Source: Podarcis cretensis
Taxonomy: Eukaryota
Assembly (NCBI GenBank): GCA_951804945.1
Contig: OX638157.1
Span: 40,362,001 to 40,426,000 of the forward strand
Direction: 5' to 3'
Length of the DNA: 64,000 nucleotides
This document shows positions 26,753 through 40,925 of this stretch, in pieces. Made by a program: the position numbers and the translations under genes. Every line of letters starts with the position of its first letter. Position 1 is the stretch's first letter. Below the pieces are notes generated by a model. The model did not search any database. It worked only from the letters and a program-made list of their open reading frames with translations, and was not told the origin of the DNA.

Positions 26753-27925
26753 TACAATTACCTTTACTTATTTCAACAATACTGGGCTGTACAGACTAAG
26801 ACAGACAATTAATTAGAAAACACTAATTTGTACAATTTTAAAGCACTGGCATCTCATTTTTGGAGTAATGCTCTAGCAGAAAGCGTTGTGAACAATTAAG
26901 CTGTTTAAGTAGGTCTTTGATAACTACAAGCTACTTCATTACAACAAGCTGTGCAATTTATTGACAATATGTCTTGTCCTAGTCTGTACAATTGTAACAG
27001 AAGAGCATGCAAAGGGTTTGAAAGTTACAGAGAACATGAAAAAGACTATTCTGAAAATGGTTAATTGAGATCAGATGCACAGGCTACAAGACAGTCAAAT
27101 CAATTTTGACGAGGCTTTGTTTATTCATTGATACAAGTCAGAAAATAGTTACAAGAAGTGGAAGAACAATCAAGAACTCATCCAATTATTGTGTCAAACA
27201 TTCACAGTTGGCCAAAGAGCCCATTTTGTATCAATAAAAATATAAGATCACTGTTATTTCCATGTCAAAGATTACAGCACAGCTAGAAAATGCATTAAAA
27301 CCTCCTGCGTTCTGTCAGGTTGGATTGAAAACAAGTAACAAACAAACTCCAAGAAATACACGAAAATATGTTTCCTTGAAACATAGTATGTCAGTCTGTA
27401 CTGAACCTTACTCAGACTGGGAAAAACCAGGTTGCAAAATTTAGAGTAAGGTTTTACTTGGGGTGGGGTAGTATTAGTCTCAGATCATACAGCCTTCTGT
27501 GTGTCTTCCTTATAACACATGTTTCACAAGGTCATCATGGATTTTGTTTTCAAGGGTTGGGTTTACACAATGGTTAGTATAATGAGACATACGGCTGTAA
27601 GATACTGGTGTCCATTGTGCTTTCATAGTGAAAATACAAGATCTTGTGACATCAAGACCAAAAGCAAGACATCTAAAAGCAAGACATCTTAGAAATATAC
27701 AGTAGCCCTTAAAGACTGGTGATAAACTAGCTGCAAGCTAGAAAGTCAGTAGTGCTAAAAGGAGTAGGTGGGGACTGCAACTTCTATCAGTTTGGCAAAG
27801 GAAGTGGCATCTATCTGGTATTCTGAAAGTAATGAGTAAGTGACCTGTTCTACTGCCTTTTTAGGTCTCTTGTTGCTTGAAAAACCCACAACTCATGCAA
27901 AATAAATAAAATATATTGTTAAATA

Positions 27926-28187
27926 CAGTGGTACCTCGGGTTACATACGCTTCAGGTTACATACGCTTCAGGTTACATACACTTCAGGTTACAGACTCCG
28001 CTAACTAACCCAGAAATAGTGCTTCAGGTTAAGAACTTTGCTTCAGGATGAGAACAGAAATCGTGCTCCAGCAGCGTGGCGGCAGCAGGAGGCCCCATTA
28101 GCTAAAGTGGTGCTTCAGGTTAAGAACAGTTTCAGGTTAAGTACAGACCACTGGAATGAATTAAGTACTTAACCCAAGGTACCACTG
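27926..28187. mobile_element. Tc1/mariner MITE, same family
   Basis: CAGTGGTACCTCGGGTT TIRs; TA TSD; expanded internal 18-bp CAGGTTACATACGCTT-type repeat. Confidence 0.9.
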
Positions 28188-28923
28188 TACTCTACTCTGA
28201 CAGAAACCTCCCCAAACCCAATACATGACCTTACCATGCCTTGAGGTGCAATTTATGCAAGACAAACCTAGAACTCATATCATTGTCTGTTCTCCTGGCT
28301 CACAATGTCATTAAAAAATGTTCTGTACCCTACTGATAATGGTAGCAATTAATAGTCAATTGCAGTGTATTTACTTAATAATCAGTGGTCATCTATTGAT
28401 AATTTAAATATTTTCAAAATATTCAAAAAAGTGACCTAGAGATTTATTTATTTTTTTTACCATGGTAGCACTTACATATTTCAAGAGTATTACTCAAATT
28501 ATTTCATAAGAAGGAATATACAGATAGAAGTCATCCACTGAAACTAAAGAGGAAACCAGTCTGGGTAGAGGAGCTCCTTGCATGCTATCAAATTTCCACA
28601 CCCAGAACAAATTGCTGAAAGCTGTTGATATGTCAATGCTTTAAGTATTTATGGATGCGGCAGACACAAAATCAGGAAACATGTCTTATCCATATTGGTG
28701 ACAGTTAGCAGGAATGTATTTTAGAACCTGAGTGTATCTTCTATGGATAATACACCAGACTATTTATTCCTTGGAGAAAAGTCCAGAACAAAATTTTAAC
28801 TACAGTATATGCATAAGGACAAATTTGCAAAGTTTTGTTTCAGTAACACTTCATATTCTTAATGGACTTTTAAAAATATATTAGTATATACTAATATAGT
28901 ATATTAGTATATTAAATATATTA

Positions 28924-30284
28924 GTTTTTCCAGTGTTTAGCGACGAGTATTCTTGCTGCTGTTGTTGCATACATAAAAAATGTTCGGTCCTTCTTTAACA
29001 CCCTCTGGCCAACAATGCCCAAAAGGAAGGCCTCTGGTTTCTTAGGGAAGGTATACTTAAATACCTTTTTCAACTCATTATATATCATTTCCCAGAAGGC
29101 CTTAACCCTAGGGCAAGTCCACCAGAGGTGAAAGAACGTTCCCTCAGTTTCTTTACATTTCCAACATTTATTGTCAGACAGATGATATATTTTTGCAAGC
29201 TTGACTGGGGTCATGTACCACCTATATATCATTTTCATAATATTTTCTTTCAAAGCATTGCATGCTGTAAATTTCATACCGGTGGTCCATAACCTTTCCC
29301 AGTCAGCAAACATGATATTACACCCAATGTCCTGAGCCCATTTTATCATAGCTGATTTGACCGTTTCATCTTGTGTATTCCATTTTAACAGCAGGTTATA
29401 CATTCTTGAGAGTACCTTAGTCTTAGGTTCTAACAGTTCTGTTTCCAACTTCGATTTTTCCACCTGGAATCCTATCTTTTTATCCAGTTTAAAAACCTCT
29501 TTAATCTGAGCATAATGTAGCCAATCTCGCACTTTATCTTTTAGTTTCTCCAAACTCTGCAACCTCCAATTGTCTCCATCTTTTTCTAGTATTTCCCAAT
29601 ATTTCAGCCATTTGACCTCCATATTGGGTCTTTTCAGAGCCTTAGCTTCCATAGATGACAACCACCTTGGGGTCTTATTTTCTAATAAGTCTTTATATTT
29701 TGTCCAGACATTAAACACTGCTTTCCTGACAATATGGTTCTTGAAAGCCTTGTGAATCTTAACCTTAAAGGTAAAGGTAAGGTAAAGGTACCCCTGCCCG
29801 TACGGGCTAGTCTTGACAGACTCTGGGGTTGTGCGCCCATCTCACTTAAGAGGCCAGGGGCCAGCGCTGTCCGGAGACACTTCCGGGTCACGTGGCCAGC
29901 GTGACATCGCTGCTCTGGAGAGCCAGAGCCGCACACGGAAACGCCGTTTACCTTCCCGCTGGTAAGCGGTCCCTATTTATCTACTTGCACCCGGAGGTGC
30001 TTTCGAACTGCTAGGTTGGCAGGCGCTGGGACCGAGCAGCGGGAGCGCACCCCGCCGCAGGGATTCGAACCGCCGACCTTTCGATCGGCAAGTCCGAGGC
30101 GCTGAGGCTTTAACCCACAGCGCCACCTGCGTCCCCGAATCTTAACCTTGTCATACCACAAATATGCATGCCATCCAAAAGCGTTGTTAAACCCTTCCAA
30201 ATCTAAAACATCAGTGTTTTCAAGAAGCAGCCAATCTTTCAACCAGCAGAAAGCTGCTGATTCATAATACAGCCTTAAGTCTAG
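28924..30284 (-). mobile_element. L1-clade LINE ORF2 C-terminal fragment, split by a SINE
   Basis: LDLRLYYESAAFCWLKDW...; CCHC knuckle CWKCKETEGTFFHLWWTC. Removing the SINE and one TSD restores ...YDKVKIHKAFKNHIVRKAVFNVWTK..., about 326 stop-free codons. Confidence 0.9.
29767..30136 (-). mobile_element. Sauria-type SINE, full length, 13-bp TSD
   Basis: tRNA-like head GGGGACGCAGGTGGCGCTGTGGGTTAAAG with B box GGTTCGAATCC; (ACCTTT)n tail; TSD GAATCTTAACCTT at 29754-29766 and 30137-30149. Confidence 0.92.
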
Positions 30285-30540
30285 ACTGACTGGTGTTTGG
30301 CGTATGCTGTCTGTTAAACCAGTTCACTGAAGACAGAGAAAAACTTAGCTTATACTATTAAACAACTGATACTGTTATAGTTAAACAAATACAGCTTTTA
30401 TGCTCCTGTAGAATCATCCCAGCGAAATAGGTGTCTTTCCCTAAAATACAGGTGTTTGTTTAGGATGTACATGACTCAAATACACCAGAAATATATCCAT
30501 CAGAAAATGGAAAGTAATTCCTAATTGCTACAGTTTAGCC

Positions 30541-30672
30541 TAGCCTTTCCCAACCTGGTGCTCTCCACATATTTTAACTCCACCTGCCAGCATCCCTGAT
30601 CATGGCCATATTCGCAGGAGCTGATGGGAGTTGTAATCCAAAACATCTAGAGAGCACTAGGTTGGATAATGC
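30541..30672. mobile_element. Old hAT MITE
   Basis: GCCTTTCCCAACCTGGTGCTCTCCA...TAGAGAGCACTAGGTTGG fold-back; related to the 136-bp family. Confidence 0.7.
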
Positions 30673-33199
30673 AGATAGCATTACAATGCAATCTTATACA
30701 AATCAACTCAGCATAGGTCTTACTACCAGATAAGCAGTTACAGGATTGCAGCCTTAGTGTACTTTGTATGGAGTCACTCAGATACTAGCAGCACAACCCT
30801 ATACATATTTATGCAGAAGTAACTCACCCTTTGCTCAGTATGATCTGCAGTAAATAAACTAGGATTGCAGTCTAAAAACAATAAGGTTGTATCCAGCATG
30901 GCCACTGCACAAGAGCAACAGATTCTCTGAAGCAGTTGTTGGCGTGTGCACACAGCAGGAAGGAGAGGCAGGATAAGTCCCATTGTGGAAGCAGAATTCC
31001 ACTAACGCAGTACTGGATGCAACCCATGGTTGCTGGGAAAAGGATTAGTTATAAGGCCTATAGAGAGTCTAATTAATACTTTTTTAATCAATGTTTCATG
31101 ACAATAAGTGCTCAAGGCTAGTTTAATTTCTGAAATAACTATACCACGTTTTCAGCATGGACAAGTATTTGGGTCTCATTTATATGTTTTACTCAAGAGA
31201 CTACTGTACTGTAATTATTTAGGACACTAGAGTAAAAGGCTAATAATAAGAGCAATTATCTATGCTTCATCTGTGTACTCCAGAAAGAACAGACTTAGCA
31301 AGAAAAAGTGAAAGAGTGAACTGCTATTTTTACAAACTGTAGAAAACCAATAATTAAATCATCCTTGTCATTACCATGGCCTTAAAGGTTTTAAGAAATT
31401 GTGCAAATGGATAGATCTGATCATAGCCTAGGCAATGTTTACCACTGGGGTAGGAAAAAGGAAACTAATAAAAAAGAGGTGCTTCTCTCAGAAGGACAAA
31501 ATCAGAAAAAAGAAAATGAACAGCTCAGGTTCCTACTTAAAAATATGTGCCATCACTTAATGACAGCATTATTATTTTTTTATGTTTACTGTGAAGATCT
31601 AACTTAGTATCATACATTTGTTGCATATGGCACCACAGATGGTAACAAGTAGCTTGAGGAAGTAAGTTTCTAAAAGACTGCAAACATGAAGGCAATCAGG
31701 GGATAAAAACTATTTTGTTTCCTTCCAGTCTCATCACCCTCTAGATTTAGAACAAGGTGTAATTCACAATTTTAATAGTTCCATTTAAAGAATCCAGGGG
31801 CATGAAAAAAGGCAAATTCATCTCAGGCATCTGAATTTTAAAGGGACGTCATTAAACAAAAGTAACAAAAATGGGGATATATGACAATATAAGCAAGAAT
31901 TTAATCCACAGCAGGTTCAAGGAATACAAATTCTTATTATATCTAGTAATATGCTTTGTTTTTTACATCTCAACTTTAAAAAGTATACTGAAATTTTCAC
32001 AAAAGTATTCAGAGTATCAACTTATTTTGCCCCAAACTGGAAATTCACAAGATAAAAAGCATCACTAAAGCTATGTAAGATTTCAGGACTATCTTAATAC
32101 AGTAGACTGTAATCAGTAGTCTTTTATGTCGCATTGCACAAAAGTTTTAAGCTTCAACCATGAAGGCAGACAATTCAACTACAAATTCACTTGTAGCCAA
32201 AGTTCCCTTTGATAGGATTTACAATGCAAAACTATAGCCAATATATTTTACTTGTACGATGGTTTCAAGCCAAAATGTATTAAACATTGGAGTTCAAGGC
32301 TGTCTTAACGAAGTTTGCCGCAAGGGTAAGACAAAATAACTCTAAAAACTTTCCTCGGTACATGTAAAAATATTTTGTACTTCACTGACAAGTATTTTTT
32401 GTCTGCCTTTCCATCCTGGTTATATCTGTTGTTGTTTTTTTACTTTGTTATTTGCATATAACCATCAGTACAATGAGTCATATAACCTTATTACAGTATA
32501 TTCAGAAGGTTTTTAGATAGCATCACATCCATTACTTTCATAGCACAGAAGAAACAAATGTGGTTTGAAAAGCTGTCGTGATCTATTTGCTACTTCTGAC
32601 TTACTTCTCGAAACACAGTAGAAGAACTCTTAAACTAAGGGATGCATAACTTGCCTGTGCTGGTTAATTGCAATTTTATTATCATATTAATTTGTCTATT
32701 GCTAAAAGTTCTATATTCCCAGAAGTTTTTAATGCCAAGAGCATGCAAAGCACCATATAGCAACGAAAAAGAGTCCCTGCTCTCCTCAAAAAAAGGACAA
32801 TCTACATTAGACAAGTGGAACATGCAACAAATGTTGCACTGTATTTCCCCCACCCTCTTTCCTGGGTTCCTGCCAGCCCTTCTGTAACAGACAATTCCAT
32901 TATTCTCCCCGCATTTCCTGTTTTTCTTTTCTCAACACTCCATGAGTAGTAAGCATACTCAATCCTTACTGAGTTGTTTGAGTGCGGTTGTCCCCCTGAA
33001 AGTTGTTTTCTATTATTTTTTTAAATGTATTTTTGTACCTCTGCTAAAATCTTGGATTATCCAGCATATGTTGAGACCATTTTCTTTCACTGGTTCCAAT
33101 AATCCCATGGGCACTTAATCACCTGAGCTTGCCTTTAAAATTGGCAAGACTGGATAACCCAGGAAGTGGAAACAATCCAATAAATTAAGGAAAGCTCTA

Positions 33200-33237
<38 letters not shown>

Positions 33238-35549
33238 TGTATTTATATTTCTTATTATTTATCAAATTTATATAATGGATTTTTAAGAAGAAACTCAACG
33301 AAGAATAGGAAAATGGCCTGAAAAGAAAAAGCAATGGGCTTTAAATGGGTGGAGAGGAATGCGACAGAAGGTACAAAGATGGGAATCACAAAAGCAGACA
33401 AACGGGATGAGACTGTATGGAATGTAAGACATATAAAGTGGAGAAAGAGATATAAAAAAGTATCACTTGTTAGGAAGTGTTACAACTAAACCAGTTTATT
33501 CATAAAGCCTTTTTTTTCTTCTTTTCAACAAAATGGGCTTAAGCAGTTAAGCTTGATATGATTTCCCATATAGCTTCCTGAAGACTTGCCCTGCAGAGTG
33601 AAGCGATTACATTGCCCAAAACTAACACTGCTTACCAAAAAGGATTCAAATTGGGGGGGGGGGAGTTCACTGAAACCTTTAGATGATTTGAAGGTTAATC
33701 TTTATTAAGTGGTGTTCCTCATTTACTACTGCAATAATGTGTCCACAGCTGTAAGTCACCACAAAGCCAGGCCCTTTACTAAGCCCACTGTAATTTCTTC
33801 TAGAAACAAAACCTACCTCAAACCAGCGTTACTTTATCATGGGCACAATACATAGACTGAAGTGACAGAACTAGGATAACCAGAGCTAGAGGTGCATTCA
33901 CCAATGACCTAGAAGAGATTACGTAATGACAGTTATGCACACTTCCATTGAATACGAAGTGATTGCCAAATACTACAGTAGTTGGATCTCCTCACTTAGC
34001 ACCAACATTAGAAAGTCTTGTTAACACAATGAAAAGAATGACTTACATAAGTTTCACGGAAAAGGTACAACAGCATCCTAAAGAATGTATGGGTTTACTT
34101 TAAAAGTTGGGATAACAAAAAAAAAAACCCACAACATTTTGAGAGGTGAAACACCGTTCCATAGCAGCCTTGCACACTCCATTACTGAAATACATTTTGT
34201 CACTTTTTAAAAATTAAAGTTGTAGTTTTGCAGAAACAGTGTTAATACAAGTAGACGGATTTATGCTGCAGCTATTAGACTACTGCACATTTCAAGCATT
34301 CCCCCTTATGTGATTTACACTTGCTTGGAAGACATAATATGGCCACGCCAGGTGACACAGCCATTGCATCTTCTGCCAACCCTTCCCCCTTCTCATCTAG
34401 GTGTTTGGGGCATACCAGCAGAGCGAAAGGCTGCTGAACAAACATAGGCTCTCTCCATGTTCTAGAGCCCTGCATTTGTCAAGGTTTACCTTGATAGATA
34501 TGCCCTCAAGACATGGATGGTGAGGGGTGTAAGTGAGCAGGAGACATAAAAGCCGGAGTTAAGTCCCACTCCACTTTCCCCCTCAGACCTGTGGAGTAAA
34601 CCAGAAACGAGCTCATGTTCATATGCATATCTGCATGGATGTAAGGCCCATCTAGTTCAATGAGGACTTATTTCCAAGTAAATGTGCACAGACTTGCAGC
34701 TTCAGTTAGAAATATACCTGATATAGCATTTTAGACCTTATATTAACTAACAGTTATTATTTATAGAAAATGGTTAAGACAGAATTAGAAAACTGCACAT
34801 AATATTTAAAGATACACAAAAATGCTTTTCCTCATTTTGAAAAGGCTAGTGTAAAACATTTTCAAGCAAAAACAATGCACAGAACACACAAAGAATACTC
34901 TCCAGATCAAATTTTAGAGGCGAAGCACAATTACTGGGTTAATTATTTAACAGACTTCTAGCTTACTAACTTACTTCACAATAAGTCACTATTCAGACCA
35001 ACTTCTAGAAAGGTCCAGCAATTTTCTTTTGTTAAAACTTCACCTCTCTACTCTTCTACCAAGTCTTAGTATCACATTTGCAGAGGAGCTTGCCCCTGTG
35101 CTTCTCTCACATACTATTGATGGTACTTACTCTAACAGTGACCAAGGTTAGAGAGAAGCCTTCAGTAATGAGCTAAAGCATATAGAATATGCCATGCTCA
35201 TGCGTATAACTTCTGAAAATTGAACTATTGCTATTATTCCCCTATATATCATCTGGTTTGATGATAGATATGTATTTATATGGTACAGTATTTTGGAATT
35301 TATTAGTATTATTGAATAGCATTACATTGTATTTTCAGTGTAACCCTCCATGGCACCATATGATGAAGGGTGAGTAACAAAAGAGTTGTTCTAACAAAAG
35401 CTGAAAGCTTGGGCCATCTATACCAGCCCACATCATGATCAGAGCAGCCTGATTGGGAATTACAGCCTTAGACAAGTCCTCCAACATTTACAGTTTCTCT
35501 GGGCATGAGTTCCCTCCTCCCCCCACACCTTCCCTATACTCATTTGTCT

Positions 35550-36577
35550 TAGTGATATTCATAGAGCTTCAGTATGCTGATGACAATGTAGTGTGTACAC
35601 ACTCAGAGGATGACCTCCAAACCATCCTAAATATCTTCGCAGAAGATTTTGGAAAGCTTGGCCTATCGCTCAATATCCAAAAAACCAAAGTGCTGCACCA
35701 ACAAGCAAAAAACAACCCCTCTGCAGCACCACAAATCCAACCATGGTATAACGTTGGAAAATGTCGACCAATTTTCCTACCTGGGCAGTTATCTTTCTAC
35801 AAGGACCGACACTGATGCCAAAATCCAGCATCACCTGAGCTCCACGAGCACAGCTTTCTCCCAATTGAAGCTCAGAGTGTTTGAGGACCGGGACATCCGC
35901 AGTGAAACCAAAATGCTTGTTTACAAAGCTATTGCACTACCAACTTTACTGTATGCTTGTGAAACATGGAACACTTATAAATGCCATCTCCAACTCCTCA
36001 AAAGATTCCATCAATGTTGTCCCTGAAAATGTTTACACATCACTTGGGAAGACAGGTAACTAAAGTCAGTGTACTGGAAGAAGCAAAGATCACCAATGTA
36101 GAAGCAATGATTCTTCAACATCAACTTTGTTGGACTGGTCATGTTGTTCAGATGCCAGATTATCGTCTTCTAAAGCAACTACTCTATTCCCAACTTGAAA
36201 ATGGAAAGCGAAATACTGGGGGAATAACAAAAGAAGTTTAAAGATGTTCTCAAGGCAAATCTTTAAAAATGTAGTATAAGCACTGATAAATGGGAAACTG
36301 GCCTGTGAGTGCTCCAGTTGGAGAACAGCCTTTACCAAAGGTTTTGTGGACTTTAGAAGCACAAACTCAGAGCAGAAAGGAGAAACGAGCTAAGAGGAAG
36401 GCACATTTGGCAAACCCTCACCGTGATCAACTCCCAAGCAGAATCCTATGTCCTCTCTGTGGAAGGATATATGGATCCAGAAATGGCCTCCATAGTCACT
36501 TTAGAACTCACTGTTAAGACCGTTTTCATGGAAGACAATCTTACTCATCTATGAGTGATCACCAAAGAAAGAAGAAA
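35550..36577 (+). mobile_element. RTE-clade LINE 3' fragment (frameshifted)
   Basis: ELQYADD RT motif; YLGS; LYACETW; C-terminal CPLCGRIYGSRNGLHSHFRTH zinc finger; short 3'UTR ending in (GAA)n. Confidence 0.9.
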
Positions 36578-36629
36578 TAAAGTTCAGTAATGATGGAAAG
36601 GTGCAAAAGGTTGCTTTCAAAGAGATGGT

Positions 36630-36678
36630 GAAGGAAGGAAGGAAGGAAGGAAGGAAGGAAGGAAGGAAGGAAGGAAGG
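36630..36678. repeat. (GAAG)n microsatellite
   Basis: Direct reading. Confidence 0.95.
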
Positions 36679-37237
36679 GCGGGCTATGTTTAAGGGTCCT
36701 GCCCCCAATCAGCTTGTAGGACACTGAACTAATTTAAGGTTCTCATTTAGGATTAGCCAATCTTAACATGTCTCAGAGAATGATAGCACTCGCCTGAAGC
36801 TACACTTTTCTTAATGGGATAAGAATACTTTCTTCTAACCACAATTCTTATAAGAGCAAAGAGCCTTGAGTCACATAGTTTATCACTTCAAAGAAATGGA
36901 TGGGTCATTAAGATAAGAAAAAGGGCAAAATGTCTTGGCAAAAGACCAGTCTTTTACATTTGACATGACCTTTGGGAAAGGGATTTTGGAATGAAAGAAT
37001 TTTTAAAAATTACTTTGAAGTACATGTGTTCTCAAAAAAAGTGTTATCTATAGAACTCTCTCAGTTCACCTTAAAGACTTGAGTACAAGTCTAATCCTTT
37101 ATAGCAGTCTTTTATTGAGGACTTTTAAAAATAAAAAGGGTTTCTGATATAATATTTTTTATAACTGACATTTTCAAGGGAAAGATTAGTTAAAGAGGTT
37201 GAATCCAACTACAGGCTGAACTGCCTTATTTGCAGTA

Positions 37238-37436
37238 CAGTGGTACCTCGGGTTACATACACTTCAGGTTACAGACTCCGCTAACCCAGAAATAGTGCTT
37301 CAGGATAAGAACAGAAATCGTGCTGCGGCGGCAGCAGGAGGCCCCTTTAGCTAAAGTGGTGCTTCAGGTTAAGAACAGTTTCAGGTTAAGAGCTGACCTC
37401 CGGAATGAATTAAGTACTTAACCCAAGGTACCACTG
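37238..37436. mobile_element. Tc1/mariner MITE, same family
   Basis: Same TIRs; TA TSD. Confidence 0.9.
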
Positions 37437-37609
37437 TACAACGTTGTATAATATGAATGCTTCAAGTAGTTGTGATGCTAATTCTGGAGAGCCTTCCATC
37501 AGAAACTCTTACCCTAGGTGCAATGTGTTGCATTATTGCAACCTACAATGCAACTGAAGCTATGGTTAATACACTGCTGGCATAACCAGGGAACTAGCCA
37601 GCCTACTTA

Positions 37610-38678
37610 CCGTAGTTTTCGCTCCAAAACACGCACTTTTTTGCTCCTAGAAAGTAAGGGAAAATGCCTGTGCGTGTTAAGGAGCGAATGCACGGATCGG
37701 AGCCATGGCTGCCGTCAGTCAAGCAAAGCGGGAGCCGCTTACACACTCTACGAGGCTCTCGCTTTGCTTGCTTTAAAGCGACCTGGAGCCGGGGAGGAGG
37801 GAGGGAAGGAGAGCCATGGCAGCAAAGTGGGCAGCAGCCGCTTACACGGGAGGAGGGACAGACGCTAGCAAAGGTCCTGCGCTCTCTAAACAGAGCAATG
37901 AGGCTCCAGAGGGATGGCAGGAAAGATAAAATTTAAGCAACCAGCAGCAAAATAAAACCAACCTCGAGCTCTGAGCCATGCAGTGAAAACCAGGAAGTTA
38001 AAAAAAAAAAAGGCTGGGGATGAGGGAGAGGGGAAAACTTCGCAAATTCCCGCGTCTCAGCTGATCTGCTGGGAGCGAGCAGCTTGTTTTCAGGCAATAT
38101 AGATTCGAGCATTGTCTGGGTCCTAGTGCCCCTACCGCTTTTTTGTGCTCCATTTTATTGCTGCTGGTGGCTGCTTATCACTCAGGCTACAAGGAGGAGC
38201 GCTTTTACACAGCTAATGGTGAATCCCCTGCAATCCAAGTCCTCCTCACTTGCTCAAATCTATTCTGCCTCAAAACAAGGAGCAGAAGGAAAAGGCTGCA
38301 AACTGTTAAATGGAAAAAAACCCAGGCACAGGGCAAGTACCTTAAGTATACCTTTAAAGCAACAGTGCTCTTTCCCTCCCTCCTCCCCGCTCAGCTCCCC
38401 GAAAAGCTCCTTCTCCACGCGTGCTCCTTGTCCCTTGAGTGCTTTTCCTTCCCTCCCCACTTAAAACGTGGTTACAAAGCACGGATCCACATGGATCCTC
38501 AGGATTTTTGCATTGGGCTACCCCAAACTCACCATCAGATCACATGTCTGTGGCCACAACATGAACCATAAAAATCATGCACCCACTGTTTCGTTCAGAA
38601 TATTTTTTTCTTGTTTTCCTTCTCTAAAAACTACGTGCGTGTTATGGTCAGATGCGTGTTATAGAGCGAAAAATACGG
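37610..38678. mobile_element. Non-autonomous TcMar (Tc2-like) DNA transposon
   Basis: TA|CCGTAGTTTTCGCTCCAAAACACGCA...TGCGTGTTATAGAGCGAAAAATACGG|TA; CpG-rich interior; no transposase ORF. Confidence 0.85.
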
Positions 38679-40166
38679 TAAGTCATGCTCTGGCAAGCAG
38701 CTTATACAACTTGGCAGAGAGGTGCGAATAAAAAATTTCAATCCCTGCTCAAAAGCTTCCCATCTACATTTAGGCAATGGTGAAGTTGTGCAAGAGGCTA
38801 AACGCAGAACAATGTCTGCCATTGAATAGCAGTAAGTTGCACTTCAGTGGGTGCTGGCTCTTTTCTAGCAAGCACACCTGTACATAATTGAGACATGAAG
38901 ATAACAGGCTTGCAGATCTTCCATTATACTAGTGTAGCCAAACACAGCCACATCTGAGATATGTCAAGCTTGCTATTCTTTCCTGTCCAAATCTGTGTGG
39001 CTCCCTATCCCTCCCATGCTCACTTTGAACTTGATGAGACAGCAAACATACCTTTACTTAGGAACTTGTCATTATTAAGGTTTGCATCACATATTATTTT
39101 CAGAAGACCCGAAGTTCACTTTATAAGTGAAAGTCATCTAATTTCACAACCCAAATGCCACTTAAAAAAAAAAACCTGGTGTAATTAACCTGCTTTTGGA
39201 GAATAAGTATGGCATGAAATCAAAATACTTTAAATAGGCACTAGCTATAAAATGGCAGTGAGAGTACTCATAGGACTATCTATTAAGATTCATGAAAATA
39301 AAAATGTAAATTTTGGAATCAGTCTTGTAACATATTTTGTTTATGGTGATATCTGGTCATTCCTGCCCTATGATTACTTACAATGTGACACACGCAACAC
39401 CAGAGCTATATCCAGGAACTACCCAAATACACAAACACAAAATTAAATTATGCCAAGTGCAAAGAGAAGTTGCTACTAGGCAAAACAGGTGTAGGAGGAA
39501 GGACTGCAACAAGTCTTGGGGGGGGGGGCACCATGAATTTGTGCCTAACTCATCTGTAGGCACCAAGGGTCAGGAGCACTGAGTATCTCCCAGTGTAACA
39601 CTTTCCTGAATTACAACACTTCACTTTTCCTCAAAAAAAGTGAGACACTCTACTGGAATAGAGGCTCAACTATACCTTTCTCCTGTTTACTTTATCCCCA
39701 CAAAACTAAATCATATTTGAATAGTAACTTTTTAGTGCCCAGCTCAGCATAACATAGTGGCTAAAAGTCCAAGCCTGGAGTCTTAACAACCTTGTCCACT
39801 AAGAAGGAAAACATATTGAATCAGCAGAGCTTAGTCCCAGGTACATGAAGTTAGGACTGAAATCTAAGAGAAAGCCCCTTTTGACGCAGTAAGACTTACT
39901 TCTTACTACACATTTGGGATCTTTTTTCTTGCTTTGCCGTTTTACAGTGCTATGGCTAAAGTAGGGTGTCAAAGCCATAGGATTCCTGTTCAACACTACA
40001 TGTGTTCAACCCATTTTTACTGTTCCCAGCAAGTATGCAAAGTCTGCTTGCTCAAACTAAAGCAGAGCTGACATTTCTCAGAAAACTTTTTCCAAAAGAA
40101 AGAGGGAGGTTTTTCCCCCTCACCTCCCCTAGAAAAAGAACACTTCCCAGACCTTTTCTCCAAATA

Positions 40167-40390
40167 CAGTGGTACCTCTGGTTACGAACACTTCTGGTTA
40201 TGAACGCTTCAGGTTACAAGCTCCAGTAACCCAGAAGTAGCTGCTCCTGGTTGTGAACTTTGCCCCAGGATGCAAACGGAAATCACACGCCAGAGGCACA
40301 GGCATAGCGGGAGGCCCCATTAGTGAAAGCGCGCCTCAGGATACAAACGGACCTCTGAACGAATTAAGTTCATAACCAGAGGTACCACTG
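40167..40390. mobile_element. Tc1/mariner MITE, same family
   Basis: CAGTGGTACCTCTGGTTA TIRs; TA TSD. Confidence 0.88.
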
Positions 40391-40729
40391 TATTATTCAG
40401 TTTTTTAACGGTGGCTGCCACCCCTTCCTCACCCCACATACCCTGTTCCAGAATGATGCTGGGTCAGGGGCATCGTACAGGATGCAAAATGGTTGCAAGG
40501 CTGACAATGCGGTTTTCGAAGGGGGGGGGGAAGCTTGGGGGGGTGGAGAAAGAAGCTGTGCTACAGCCACTACTAACAGGGAGTCCAACCCTCATGAAAA
40601 TGTTGAAAATATTCTTTTTTAAAAAGTAGTGAGATGGTCCACCCAGTTTTCTACCCACAAATAGGGTGGAGAACTTTAAGAGAGTAGCAAACAAGACATA
40701 CATTGTGACTGCTATCCACATCCAAACCA

Positions 40730-40925
40730 CAGCTGAGTGACAGAGGACATGCTTTGCATGCAGAAGGCCCAGTTTCAACCCTTGGCCTTTTCCATTACAA
40801 TGTTCTGAAGTAGCAGGGATGGGGGGGGGGGGGCAACACACTCTGTCTGGCACCTTGGAGAACAACTTTCAGTCAGAGTTGACAGCACTGGTTAAATCAA
40901 CAGTCCAACTTAGTGCAGCCTGGTA
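40730..40925 (+). mobile_element. Old tRNA-derived SINE
   Basis: AGCTGAGTGACAGAGGACATGCTTTGCATGCAGAAGGCCCAGTTTCAACCCTTGGC head, similar to the 3215 copy. Confidence 0.6.
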
